The notes under the pieces: model-generated | Told to the model about the DNA's origin: nothing | Seen by the model: the letters and a program-made list of their open reading frames with translations, nothing else | Databases searched by the model: none | Translations under genes and position numbers: made by a program | Shown: in pieces, positions 27,288 through 36,977 of the stretch | Layout of the letters: each line of letters starts with the position of its first letter | Position numbering within the stretch: position 1 is the first letter of the stretch | Origin: an uncultured Pseudomonadota bacterium | GTDB taxonomy: Bacteria; Pseudomonadota; Gammaproteobacteria; Ga0077536 | Direction: 5' to 3' | Assembly (NCBI GenBank): GCA_902551695.1 | Contig: CACDEI010000004.1 | Coordinates: 1 to 56,006 of the forward strand | DNA length: 56,006 bases

Positions 27288-28094
27288 TCAGTAACCTTTA
27301 AATTCAGGCGTTCTCTTTTCTAAAAACGCCCTAACAGCATTTTTGTGATCCTCGGTCGCCACACATTGATATAAATTTTCGGCCTCTAAGTCTAACGACT
27401 CCGACAAAGTCGATTTAGGCACAGAGTTCAAATTATGCTTCATATTAGCGAGTGCAATAGGTGCCATCTGGGCTAGATTTTTGGCGATTTTTATTACCCT
27501 CGTTTCGAACACATCTTTTTCAAATACGTCATTAAAAATCCCGAGCTTATAGCACTCTTCAGAACCCACTTTTCGACAAGAAAAATACATCTCCTTAGCG
27601 ATCGAAACATTAGTCAGATTAGCTAACAACCATGTGCCCCCATAATCACCCGATAAACCTATCCTGCCATATCCAGTTGTCACGAATGTGTCTTTCACGG
27701 CATAGCGAAAATCGCAGGCCAACGCAAGTGCTAGGCCAGCACCAGCGGCAGGCCCAGGAAGAGCCGCTATTGTGGGCTTTTTTAAATTGTATAGGCGTAG
27801 AGTCAAGGTCCTTTGCCGCATCCTCAATACTTCCACTTTCTCATGAGGAGTACCTCCCATGTCTTCCATACTACTCACATCCCCACCGGAACAAAACGAC
27901 TCTCCGGAACCGGTAATTATAAGGCAGCGAACCTTATCTTCGTGTTCCAGCTGAACTAGGGTTTCCCTCAGGGCAGGCGTCAATTCATCCGAAAGAGCAT
28001 TGCGCTTTTTGGGATTATTAAGGATCAATGTTGCCACGCCCTCTTCCACGCAGCACTTTAATAGTTGAGTTCCAGTACTAAGTTCCATCTTCAC
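27288..28094 (-). CDS. enoyl-CoA hydratase/isomerase (crotonase) family protein
   Basis: LILNNPKKRNAL, ITGSGESFCSGGDV and IAALPGPAAGAGLALALACDFR blocks. Confidence 0.85.
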   Translation of the reverse strand: MKMELSTGTQLLKCCVEEGVATLILNNPKKRNALSDELTPALRETLVQLEHEDKVRCLIITGSGESFCSGGDVSSMEDMGGTPHEKVEVLRMRQRTLTLRLYNLKKPTIAALPGPAAGAGLALALACDFRYAVKDTFVTTGYGRIGLSGDYGGTWLLANLTNVSIAKEMYFSCRKVGSEECYKLGIFNDVFEKDVFETRVIKIAKNLAQMAPIALANMKHNLNSVPKSTLSESLDLEAENLYQCVATEDHKNAVRAFLEKRTPEFKGY

Positions 28095-28115
28095 AATACA
28101 GGTATTTTCTAGACT

Positions 28116-28556
28116 TCACGCAGCATCTTTTAAAAAGTCCTGGTAGAAATGTTGAATCGAAACGTCTAACTTTAACGACAAGTCATCATTCAAAACGCTA
28201 TATACTAAATCAGAATTTGCTCTTACATTTTGGTAAATTGTACAACCTATTTCTCCTCCTCCCTCTATATGCGTCTCTTCACCGGTTGACATAGCAAACT
28301 CACCAGCTTTTTTTACTTGACGGTCCAGCCCTCCATTTTTATTATTTTCAAAAACATGGTGCTCTCCGTAAAGAACGAGTGTAAATGTAGGATGATAGTG
28401 ACGATGATAAAAGCATTGCTGATTTGCATCAAATTGGAAAAGCAAGTCAATTAGTTTTTTCTTCATATCAACGTTTAGTAGAGCATAGCGAAAACCTTTG
28501 TAGTCACCAAAAGGCTTCCAGTTAATCTTTTGGTTTAGCAAATCATTTTTATCCAC
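28116..28556 (-). CDS. cupin-fold protein (ChrR-like cupin domain, tentative)
   Basis: 146 aa. WKPFGDYKGFRYALL..., FYHRHYHPTFTLVLYGEH and THIEGGG fit a small cupin barrel with His ligands. Confidence 0.5.
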   Translation of the reverse strand: MDKNDLLNQKINWKPFGDYKGFRYALLNVDMKKKLIDLLFQFDANQQCFYHRHYHPTFTLVLYGEHHVFENNKNGGLDRQVKKAGEFAMSTGEETHIEGGGEIGCTIYQNVRANSDLVYSVLNDDLSLKLDVSIQHFYQDFLKDAA

Positions 28557-28665
28557 TGTTAAACATCCTCATTGAATCTGATAATAATTAGCTTTATTGT
28601 ACATCATTAAGTATTAGAGTTTAGCCATAGGCAAGCAACAAAATAGAAAAAATTGGGAAAAGACA

Positions 28666-29514
28666 TTGGACCAAGCGAATTTTACAAATCTAAAATATGT
28701 GGAGACAGCTCTGTCATTTGTTGAAACGTCAACCCCACCCACAATTCGAGTTTATCCAAAACTATTCGGATCGACAGAACAAGTGCCCGAAGTAAAACAT
28801 AAGGTAAAAATATTTGACTGTCGCGAACTCTGGGGTCAGTTGAGTCTAGATGTTGCGGGATTTGAAGTACACAAAGCCCCCAGTAAAATAAACAATTTTT
28901 ACGACAACACTGAAGTAGTTGAAAAATACTACCCTGAAGTTGAACGCAAAATGGAAGAGATCTTGTCCGCTCATAAGGTAATAATGTTTGACCATAATGT
29001 TCGCAGTCAAGTGAAGGCCGATGCTGGCCAAGAGGGGGTTAGGGAGCCAGTTGAGGGCGCTCATAACGACTACACTCTATCTTCTGGACCGAGAAGGATT
29101 GCAGAAGTCCTCAAAGATAGAGGATATTTAGACCTTATATCCAGAAGATGTGCACTTGTGAACTTTTGGCGACCAATAATAGAACCAGTGGTAGACATGC
29201 CTCTTGCAATATGCGACGCTCAGACTACCGAATTAGAAGATTTCGTCGCCACAAAAATTGAGCATTTCCAAGAGGATAATTTAACAACACCAACTTTAAC
29301 GGGAGAAATATACTCTTTTAAATATAATCCCAAACATAGATGGTTTTATGTTCCGAAGATGAAGTCTTCCGAGGTAATCTTACTCAAGTGTTATGATTCC
29401 GCAGATGATGGCCGAGCCTGCTTCACTGGACATACTGGATTCTTGAATCCGGACTTACCAAAAACTTTTACTCCCAGAGAAAGTATTGAAGCTAGAACTG
29501 TTGTGGTATTTTAG
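28666..29514 (+). CDS. CmcJ/AsaB/NvfI-family oxygenase-like protein
   Basis: VEGAHNDYT, LVNFWRPI and PLAICDAQT blocks as remembered for the CmcJ family. TTG start; 282 aa. Confidence 0.6.
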   Translation: MDQANFTNLKYVETALSFVETSTPPTIRVYPKLFGSTEQVPEVKHKVKIFDCRELWGQLSLDVAGFEVHKAPSKINNFYDNTEVVEKYYPEVERKMEEILSAHKVIMFDHNVRSQVKADAGQEGVREPVEGAHNDYTLSSGPRRIAEVLKDRGYLDLISRRCALVNFWRPIIEPVVDMPLAICDAQTTELEDFVATKIEHFQEDNLTTPTLTGEIYSFKYNPKHRWFYVPKMKSSEVILLKCYDSADDGRACFTGHTGFLNPDLPKTFTPRESIEARTVVVF

Positions 29515-29529
29515 AAGGAGAACTTCAGT

Positions 29530-30012
29530 TCAAGCAGAGAGGCTCTTCGACAAAAAGAAACCGATGGTTTCCATTTGAAGAACCAAAGCGTCACGCTGGT
29601 TAAACATTTCAATTTTCGATCGCACAAGGCCTCTATCCGGCTTGGTTTTAGAGAGTCTATTCTCTATTATCTCGAGCTTAAGCTTCAGACTATCATTAGG
29701 TCTAACAGGTTGAATCCAGCGTATTTTTTCTACTCCCGGAGAGCCCAAACTTGAGCGTTTAGAAATAAAATTGTCAACCAATAATCGCATCATAACCGAA
29801 CAGGTGTGCCAACCGCTAGCTATTAATCCTCCGAATTGACTATCCTCTGCTAACACCTCATTTACATGGAAATACTGAGGGTCAAATTCTTCAGCAAATT
29901 TTACTATATCTTCTTTTTCAATAAGAACGGGCCCGTATTCAAGAACTAGCCCTTCCCTATAGTCTTCTAAGTAAGCATCTTTCAAATTTTTTTTACTGCA
30001 ATCCTCAGACAC
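29530..30012 (-). CDS. MaoC-like (R)-specific enoyl-CoA hydratase / hot-dog fold dehydratase
   Basis: FAEEFDPQYFHVNEVLAEDSQFGGLIASGWHT matches the MaoC hydratase motif. 160 aa, 13 nt downstream of gltA. Confidence 0.8.
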   Translation of the reverse strand: MSEDCSKKNLKDAYLEDYREGLVLEYGPVLIEKEDIVKFAEEFDPQYFHVNEVLAEDSQFGGLIASGWHTCSVMMRLLVDNFISKRSSLGSPGVEKIRWIQPVRPNDSLKLKLEIIENRLSKTKPDRGLVRSKIEMFNQRDALVLQMETIGFFLSKSLSA

Positions 30013-30025
30013 TTACTATTTTGCC

Positions 30026-31327
30026 TTAGCGTTCTGAACGTTTTTTATAGGTGCGCTCCGCATACCCTGTATATAGTTGCCTCGGTCGCCCTATTCGTTG
30101 ACTGGGATCCTCTATCATTTCATTCCACTGGGCAACCCAACCAACAGTACGGGCTAATGCAAACAAAGCCGTAAACATAGTCGTCGGAAAACCCATAGCT
30201 TTAAGAGTAATACCGGAATAAAAATCAATGTTAGGATAAAGTTGCTTTTCGACGAAATAATCATCGTTAAGAGCAATCTTTTCTAATTCTAAGGCAACTT
30301 CCAATAACGGATCGTCCTTTATGCCCAACTCCGCCAAGACCTCATGACATGTCTGTTGCATCACCTTGGCCCTGGGGTCATAATTTTTGTAAACCCTATG
30401 GCCAAAACCCATTAATCTGAAGGGGTCATTTTTATCCTTAGCTCGTTTAATAAACTCAGGTATTTTGTCAGCCGTACCAATCTCCATAAGCATATTCAGC
30501 GCAGCTTCATTAGCTCCACCGTGCGCCGGACCCCAGAGACAAGCAATCCCCGCCGCAATCGCTGCGAAAGGATTTGCCCCAGATGAACTAGCCAAACGAA
30601 CAGTGGAAGTGGAAGCGTTCTGCTCATGATCAGCGTGTAAGATAAAAATTTTATCTAAGGCCCGAGCCAGAGTCGGAGAGACTTTATGCTTTAAAGCCGG
30701 CAAAGCGAAGCACATGTTTAGAAAATTTGCAGTGTAATCGAGCTCGTTATCAGGGTAGACAAATGGCTGACCTAAGGAAAATTTAAAAGCCATAGCAGCA
30801 ATTGTGGGCATTTTCGCTATCAGTCTTCGACCTGCAACCATACGCTGATACGGATCATTAATATCAGTCGAGTCATGATAAAAAGCCGAGAGTGCTCCTA
30901 CCACGCCACACATGATGGCCATTGGATGTGCATCGCTTCTAAAACCGTAATAAAAGTTTCGTAATTGTTCATGGACCATCGTGTGATTAGTAATGGCTCT
31001 TTCAAATTCCTCATAATCGTTTAAGGACGGCAACTCACCGTTTAAAAGTAAATAAGCAGTTTCAATAAAGTTGCTTTGCTCAGCCAATTGATCGATAGGA
31101 TATCCTCGATATAGCAGTATTCCTTTCTCGCCGTCTATGTAGGTAATTTTGGATTCGCAACTAGCCGTAGAGGTAAAACCAGGATCATAAGTGAACTGAC
31201 CGGTATCTCCATAAAGAGAAGAGATATCTATAACGCTAGGCCCCAATGTTCCATCTAAGACATGGAATTCATATTCGCCGCTAGTAGTATCGACTTTTGC
31301 AACTTGTACTTTTTCTGTTTTATTCAC
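30026..31327 (-). CDS. gltA: citrate synthase (type II, GltA)
   Basis: 433 aa. [14 protein letters not shown] signature, [14 protein letters not shown] and GPAHGGANE blocks. Confidence 0.92.
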   Translation of the reverse strand: MNKTEKVQVAKVDTTSGEYEFHVLDGTLGPSVIDISSLYGDTGQFTYDPGFTSTASCESKITYIDGEKGILLYRGYPIDQLAEQSNFIETAYLLLNGELPSLNDYEEFERAITNHTMVHEQLRNFYYGFRSDAHPMAIMCGVVGALSAFYHDSTDINDPYQRMVAGRRLIAKMPTIAAMAFKFSLGQPFVYPDNELDYTANFLNMCFALPALKHKVSPTLARALDKIFILHADHEQNASTSTVRLASSSGANPFAAIAAGIACLWGPAHGGANEAALNMLMEIGTADKIPEFIKRAKDKNDPFRLMGFGHRVYKNYDPRAKVMQQTCHEVLAELGIKDDPLLEVALELEKIALNDDYFVEKQLYPNIDFYSGITLKAMGFPTTMFTALFALARTVGWVAQWNEMIEDPSQRIGRPRQLYTGYAERTYKKRSER

Positions 31328-31566
31328 GATAATTTGCCTATTAATATTTCATATCGGAACTTTCCCAAGACCGACGCAATATGCTTTTTAATTTTTTCAT
31401 CCTGCCCTGATCTTAATTTTAAAACCGATCAGATTCCAATCTTAATTTGATATATAAAGATATATTTTTGATTTAATTGATAGAAAACAGCAAGTTATAC
31501 ACAAGTAAAAAAATTACAACTTCCGATATAACGTAGCATCGGATAGTAGAATATTAGCGCAATCAC

Positions 31567-32499
31567 CTAAATCGCCCGCACGGAATAACCCTGTCGCGGA
31601 AAATGAACATGTACTAACCCAGTTCTTTTGGATTCCACAGAAATGCAAATTTTTTCAGAATTTAGATGAACGAGGTTCCCAATTGAATAGGCGTTCTCAC
31701 CTAATGCAGACACTTTTACTTTAGTCCCTTTCACCATGCGATACTCGACATCAATTTCTTCACAAAAACTCTTTGGTTGGGTATTTAAAGCCAAATTCAG
31801 GGCATATTCGCCTTCGAAGGAATTACGAGGCGGCAAAGAAAGCACAGACATCCTCTTAAACCAATGCTTAAGCTCCAATCTATTTTTCAAAAAATCACAA
31901 TTTCCAGAAATTTTTTTGAGAAACCAAGGTCCTTCGTACAAAACAATGTCTGTGAGAGATATGGTCACTCCTGTAACAAAATCACGCCCACCCTTAAGCA
32001 AACAATTCAGCCAGTCCATGTATATGTCGACTTGTTTTTCATACTTGAATGCTGACAAATTTACTTGCTCAACAGAGGGAATTGGTTTCCCGTGAAGATT
32101 CGCTCGGTCTCGGTGAAACTTCTCAGAGAATCTCTGAGCATTCATACCTGTTATAAACAAAGCAATAGGGCGCATGAAATTGGTTTCGGCCCAATCTTCT
32201 ATGATTTTATATTTCGCATGATCGGACGAGGTCAATCCGGATGGATAAAGTGGAGGATTCGGACACAACTCATCCAAAAAACGTACAATCAAACGAGTAT
32301 CACAATAGATATCCGATCCTACTTGCAAAGCCGGCGTCCTTCTATAACCTCCTGTCAGGGGAAGATAATCTGGCTTTGGAAGATAACTTGGAATTATTAC
32401 AGAATCCCAGCCAATCTGTTTCAACGCAAACACCAGACGAACTTTCTCAGAAAAATTAGAAAAATCATAGTGATGTAAAATTAGGTTATTATCTTGCAT
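31567..32499 (-). CDS. glutathione S-transferase-like protein with an extra beta-rich C-terminal extension
   Basis: ATG 32499 gives MQDNNLILHHYDFSNFSEKVRLVFALK (thioredoxin-like GST N-domain, RRTPALQVG), a helical C-domain, then about 65 extra residues (VKGTKVKVSALGENAYSIGNLVHL...). Confidence 0.6.
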   Translation of the reverse strand: MQDNNLILHHYDFSNFSEKVRLVFALKQIGWDSVIIPSYLPKPDYLPLTGGYRRTPALQVGSDIYCDTRLIVRFLDELCPNPPLYPSGLTSSDHAKYKIIEDWAETNFMRPIALFITGMNAQRFSEKFHRDRANLHGKPIPSVEQVNLSAFKYEKQVDIYMDWLNCLLKGGRDFVTGVTISLTDIVLYEGPWFLKKISGNCDFLKNRLELKHWFKRMSVLSLPPRNSFEGEYALNLALNTQPKSFCEEIDVEYRMVKGTKVKVSALGENAYSIGNLVHLNSEKICISVESKRTGLVHVHFPRQGYSVRAI

Positions 32500-32616
32500 A
32501 AAAAATATGAACACTCTTCGTGAACTAGATATTACAGACCCCTTAAAGATTGAGAGTAAAACAAAAGGAAGTAATAATAAACATAGCAAGTTAGATTGGA
32601 ATTGATATGAGAAATC

Positions 32617-33855
32617 ATGAATAGAGAGAGCTTTGAAAGGGTTGCGATTATAGGCGGGTCGATGGCAGGCCTATTCGCTGCTATCAATCTGCAAGCACTT
32701 GGATTTAACGTGACAGTTTTCGAGAGATCTAAGGAGTCCTTGGCTAACAGAGGCGCTGGCATTGCGACTCATGATCAACTCTATAACGCTCTTAGAAGTG
32801 CAGGCGTTACTCCTACTCAGGAAATGGGGGTAAAGAGCAAAGGCAGAGTCCTTATTGGTCGAGAAGGAGCGATAACGGAAAAACAAAATATGCGCCAGAT
32901 CATGTCGTCTTGGGGATTGATATACCGATTTCTTCGAGCTCAAATCGCTGATTCAGACTACCTAACAGAGCATGAGTTGTTGGAAGTGAATGTAATCAAC
33001 AAAGAAAAACTCGCCCTTCGATTTAAAAATGGATCTTCCATTGAAGCGGATTGGCTCATTGGAGCAGACGGAATGAATTCCACAGTCAGACAGATAGTGG
33101 AACCGCTTTCGCAACCAGAATATGCTGGATACTTTGCCTGGAGGGGTTTAATAAACGAAGAATTGATAGATCAAGACCTAAGAAAACAACTAACAAACGT
33201 CATCACCTTTGGTTTAGCCCCAGCTGGGCATTGGCTAGGTTATTTAGTTGCGGGAGAAAACGATGCAATCGAAGAAGGTAGAAGGTGGTATAATTGGGGA
33301 TGGTACCGACATGCGACTGCCTCCTCGCTTAGAAATCATTTAACAGATAGGGATGGGAGGTATTTTGAAAACGGCATACCTCATCACTTAATTAGGCAAA
33401 GCCTAATAACAGATATGCAACAGGAGGCTAGTCTCTACTTAGCCCCTCAAATTCAAAAGCTAATCAACCTCACGAAGCATCCTTTTCTTCAAGGCATGTT
33501 TGACGTAAGTTGCGAAAAATTAATCCATGGAAGAATTATTTTAATAGGAGATGCGGCTTTCACCGCGAGACCTCATGTTGGCCTAGGGGTTTCCAAGGCA
33601 GCCGAAGATGCCTCTACTTTAGCCAAAGCACTATATTCGAAAAAAAGAAAGGATGCTCTTAAGAGATGGGAAAATGAGAGGAAGCGCTACGGCCAGGCAA
33701 CTATCCAGTGGGGAAGAGACCTTGGTAGTCATATCAAACCAATCGGATACGCCTTAGAAGCGGATAATAAGGCTGAGCATTATAGTAGCCCAGAGGTATT
33801 AATCTCTCAGAATGCCTCTCATGATCCCTCAAAATTTCTCGCAGAATATCTTTGA
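32617..33855 (+). CDS. FAD-dependent aromatic-ring monooxygenase (class A flavoprotein hydroxylase family)
   Basis: VAIIGGSMAGLFAAINL (GxGxxG), WLIGADGMNSTVR and ILIGDAAFTARPHVGLGVSKAAEDA motifs. Confidence 0.8.
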   Translation: MNRESFERVAIIGGSMAGLFAAINLQALGFNVTVFERSKESLANRGAGIATHDQLYNALRSAGVTPTQEMGVKSKGRVLIGREGAITEKQNMRQIMSSWGLIYRFLRAQIADSDYLTEHELLEVNVINKEKLALRFKNGSSIEADWLIGADGMNSTVRQIVEPLSQPEYAGYFAWRGLINEELIDQDLRKQLTNVITFGLAPAGHWLGYLVAGENDAIEEGRRWYNWGWYRHATASSLRNHLTDRDGRYFENGIPHHLIRQSLITDMQQEASLYLAPQIQKLINLTKHPFLQGMFDVSCEKLIHGRIILIGDAAFTARPHVGLGVSKAAEDASTLAKALYSKKRKDALKRWENERKRYGQATIQWGRDLGSHIKPIGYALEADNKAEHYSSPEVLISQNASHDPSKFLAEYL

Positions 33856-36800
33856 ATTTTTTGGAATACACCATCTATAGCCTTCTTGATGTCTTCTTCT
33901 ATCAACACAACGGAGGGCACCATAAACAATACAATGAAGGTAGCTAACGCCATGCCAAAAACGAGAGTAATAGCCATTGGAATCAAAAACTGAGCTTGTA
34001 AGCTAGTCTCAAACAGAAGTGGAGTAAGCCCTCCAATAGTAGTAGCGGAAGTGAGAAAGACTGCTCGCAATCTGTCCCCACTACCCGACACAACAGCTTC
34101 GATCAATGAGGACTCCTTCGCTCTCTCATTAATTGTAGTGACTAGAACTATCGAATCATTAATTATGATCCCTGATAATCCAAGAATCGCAAAAATACTC
34201 AAAATTGTCAGGTCAAAACCTAAAACACCGTGTCCTAAAACCGCCCCCACAAAACCCAGCGGTACTATTGCCATAACAACAAAGGGTCTTGAGTAGCTTG
34301 AAAAAACCCAAGCCAAGATTATATAAATTAGAGCAAACCCAAGGGAGGCGCCTAGAATCATATCGGACATAGTCTCCCTCTGCTCCCTTGCCCTGCCTTC
34401 AAAAGCCCACTCAACGCCATACCTATCACCGATATTCCTAAGGCCGTCATCGAGTAAAGCTCGCTGAACATAGGAAGAGCGAGTAATTGAACTATCCATC
34501 TCTGCGGAAACCGCGATCTCCTTAAAACCATCCTCCCTCTTTATTCGAGAAAACCCTTTTGAGTGGCTAAAATTTACTATCTCTTTAAGGGGAATTTTCT
34601 TACCGTCAGATGATCTTAATAGAACATTTTGTAAGATCGAGTTATCAACTGTGTCCTTCTTCAGTCGGACCCTTACGGTGACTTCCTCTTCCCCTCTGGG
34701 GAATCGAATTGATATGGAACCATCTATTAGGTCTCTCACCTGTCTCGCCACGGAACTAGTTGAAAAGCCTAAAGCCCTCCCTCTTTCATTAAGCTCTAAA
34801 AGAATTTCTGGCTTGCCAAAAGGCATGTTGTCATCAACGTCTGATACTCCGTCGTAACGCCTTAGCAAAGTACCAAGTTCTCCTGCCGCTTCCTTGAGTA
34901 GAGTTATTTCCCCACCATTAGTTCTGAGCCTTATATCCATGTCTCCACCTGGCGGGCCACTCCGCTGTGCTTCGAAAGTCAAATTTTCCACTCCCGATGG
35001 CCACACAGTCTCTTCCCTCCATATTGCAATAACTTCCGAAGATTTTATGTGGCGAAACTCGGAAGACGTAAGTTCCACCACAACCCCCCCCAGACTATCG
35101 CTGGAGACGGCAGACAAAGAACCCCCTGTCGAGGCTAGTGTACCGATTCTTCCCAAAGACATTACCACTAATTCTTCTGGGTTATGACCTGCTTTTTTCA
35201 GCCCATCGTATAACACGGTTTCCACTTCCAAGACTGCGGAGCGAGTCTCCTCCTGGGTGGAACCAGGTAACATACGGACGTTCGCATATATGGTATTCGG
35301 CTCTGGAGAGGGGAAAAATTGGTATCCAACATGGCCTCCCACAACGCTCCCGATAGAAATCATAAAAACCACCGCCGCTATTGATACAGTGAAATACCGA
35401 TTCTCAACAGCTATCTTCACGAGAGGTTCGAATTGCTCTTCTCTAAATTTAATAAGTGAATTATCAATTGTATTACGAAAACGCCAAAATTTTCCTGACT
35501 CTTTTTGAGCTCTCCCCAAACCATAGGATAAGTGGGCTGGGAGAACTAGGAAGCACTCAATTAAACTAGCAATTAGAACAGCTATAACCACAAAAGGGAT
35601 CGCAGATATTATTTGGCCGATTATTCCAGAAATTACAAAAAGAGGGAGAAAAGCGGCTATTGTGGTCAAGGTAGCACTTAAAACTGGTACAGCCATCCTC
35701 TCAGCCCCAACCACTGCAGCTTCCAAAGGACCTAATCCTGTCTTGAACCTGTGGTCTGCATGTTCTCCTACGACGATGGCATCATCGACAACGATACCGA
35801 TGGCCATGATCATCCCGAACAAACTAAGCATGTTAATGGTTTGATCACTTACCCACATGATGGCCAAAGCAGCCAAGATAGAAGCGGGAATACCTATCGC
35901 CACCCACATTGCTACCCGAGGACTCATGAAAAGAAACAAGATAATCAGCACTAATAACAAACCGCCCAACCCGTTTGAAACTAACAAATTAATTCGTTCC
36001 TTTATCAAGTTGGACTGTACATTATAGGTTTCTATTTTTAAATTGGCGGGAAGAAAGCTGCGAATTTCATCCAGCTCCGATCGCACTATTTCTGATGCGT
36101 CTAGAGCATCGCTGTTAGTGGCTCTTCGTATATCAAATTCTATTGCCAACTCTCCTTTGCGGAAAGCCCTTTTCTGTCCATCCTCAAATTGTTCTGAAAC
36201 TGCTGCTATATCCTTGAGGAGCATTTTACTCCCACTAGGCAGCGACTTTATTTCTAACGTTTCAAGATCGATCGCCTCTTTTCTTAGTCCGAGACTTCTC
36301 ACTTGTCTCTCACCACCTGCAATTTCCCCAGCTGGTAAATCTTGAGACTGGTCCCTAATTCGTTCTGAAATATCACCAACGGTTAAATCAAATTTCTGTA
36401 AAATTTTGGGCTCAACAGCGACCCAAATTTCCTCTGAACGATCACCGAATAGGTCTATCTTATCGATTCCCTTAGACAAAAGATGGTCTCTCACTTTCTT
36501 CGCATAATGTTTCAGTGCACGTTCCGAATCAGCCCCAGACAGAACTAATTTTGAAACAGTCTCATATCTCAGCAATCTTTTTATTCGCGGCTTTTCAGCA
36601 TCTAATGGAAGAGTCATAATTTGACCTACAGCCGACTCAACCTCAGCTAATCCCAGCTGCATGTCATGGCCAGATTCGAATTCTATCGTGATACTTGCCA
36701 ACCCCTCGTAAGATGAAGAAGAAACTTTCTTAACCCCATCAATAAAACGGACGGCTGGTTCGATGGAATTAACGAGGCTTTCATCCACATCGAGGGCTGA

Positions 36801-36974
36801 TGCTCCGGGCCAGGCTATCGAAACAGTGACGTAGTCTAACCCAAAATCCGGAAAAAACTGGCGATTTAAAACTTGGGTGGCCGCAAGTCCGCACACTATC
36901 ATCAATGCTAATACCAGGTTAGAGGCGGTTGGATGTCGTGCAAATATCCTAATTATTGACATAAAAGCGAGCAA
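33819..36974 (-). CDS. RND efflux transporter permease (AcrB/AcrD/AcrF superfamily)
   Basis: 1051 aa with a 12-TM pattern and two large periplasmic loops. N-terminal IIRIFARHPTASNLVLALMIVCGL. TTG 36974 or ATG 36962 as start. Confidence 0.88.
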   Translation of the reverse strand: MLAFMSIIRIFARHPTASNLVLALMIVCGLAATQVLNRQFFPDFGLDYVTVSIAWPGASALDVDESLVNSIEPAVRFIDGVKKVSSSSYEGLASITIEFESGHDMQLGLAEVESAVGQIMTLPLDAEKPRIKRLLRYETVSKLVLSGADSERALKHYAKKVRDHLLSKGIDKIDLFGDRSEEIWVAVEPKILQKFDLTVGDISERIRDQSQDLPAGEIAGGERQVRSLGLRKEAIDLETLEIKSLPSGSKMLLKDIAAVSEQFEDGQKRAFRKGELAIEFDIRRATNSDALDASEIVRSELDEIRSFLPANLKIETYNVQSNLIKERINLLVSNGLGGLLLVLIILFLFMSPRVAMWVAIGIPASILAALAIMWVSDQTINMLSLFGMIMAIGIVVDDAIVVGEHADHRFKTGLGPLEAAVVGAERMAVPVLSATLTTIAAFLPLFVISGIIGQIISAIPFVVIAVLIASLIECFLVLPAHLSYGLGRAQKESGKFWRFRNTIDNSLIKFREEQFEPLVKIAVENRYFTVSIAAVVFMISIGSVVGGHVGYQFFPSPEPNTIYANVRMLPGSTQEETRSAVLEVETVLYDGLKKAGHNPEELVVMSLGRIGTLASTGGSLSAVSSDSLGGVVVELTSSEFRHIKSSEVIAIWREETVWPSGVENLTFEAQRSGPPGGDMDIRLRTNGGEITLLKEAAGELGTLLRRYDGVSDVDDNMPFGKPEILLELNERGRALGFSTSSVARQVRDLIDGSISIRFPRGEEEVTVRVRLKKDTVDNSILQNVLLRSSDGKKIPLKEIVNFSHSKGFSRIKREDGFKEIAVSAEMDSSITRSSYVQRALLDDGLRNIGDRYGVEWAFEGRAREQRETMSDMILGASLGFALIYIILAWVFSSYSRPFVVMAIVPLGFVGAVLGHGVLGFDLTILSIFAILGLSGIIINDSIVLVTTINERAKESSLIEAVVSGSGDRLRAVFLTSATTIGGLTPLLFETSLQAQFLIPMAITLVFGMALATFIVLFMVPSVVLIEEDIKKAIDGVFQKIQRYSARNFEGS

Positions 36975-36977
36975 AGC

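Noticed and set aside
31736-32478. Four overlapping plus-strand ORFs (63-137 aa) inside the GST-like gene
   Set aside because: They are antisense shadow frames that overlap each other in different frames.
34051-36345. Series of 60-100-aa plus-strand ORFs across the RND permease
   Set aside because: All are antisense to a 1051-aa RND gene with canonical topology, and none has a recognisable motif.
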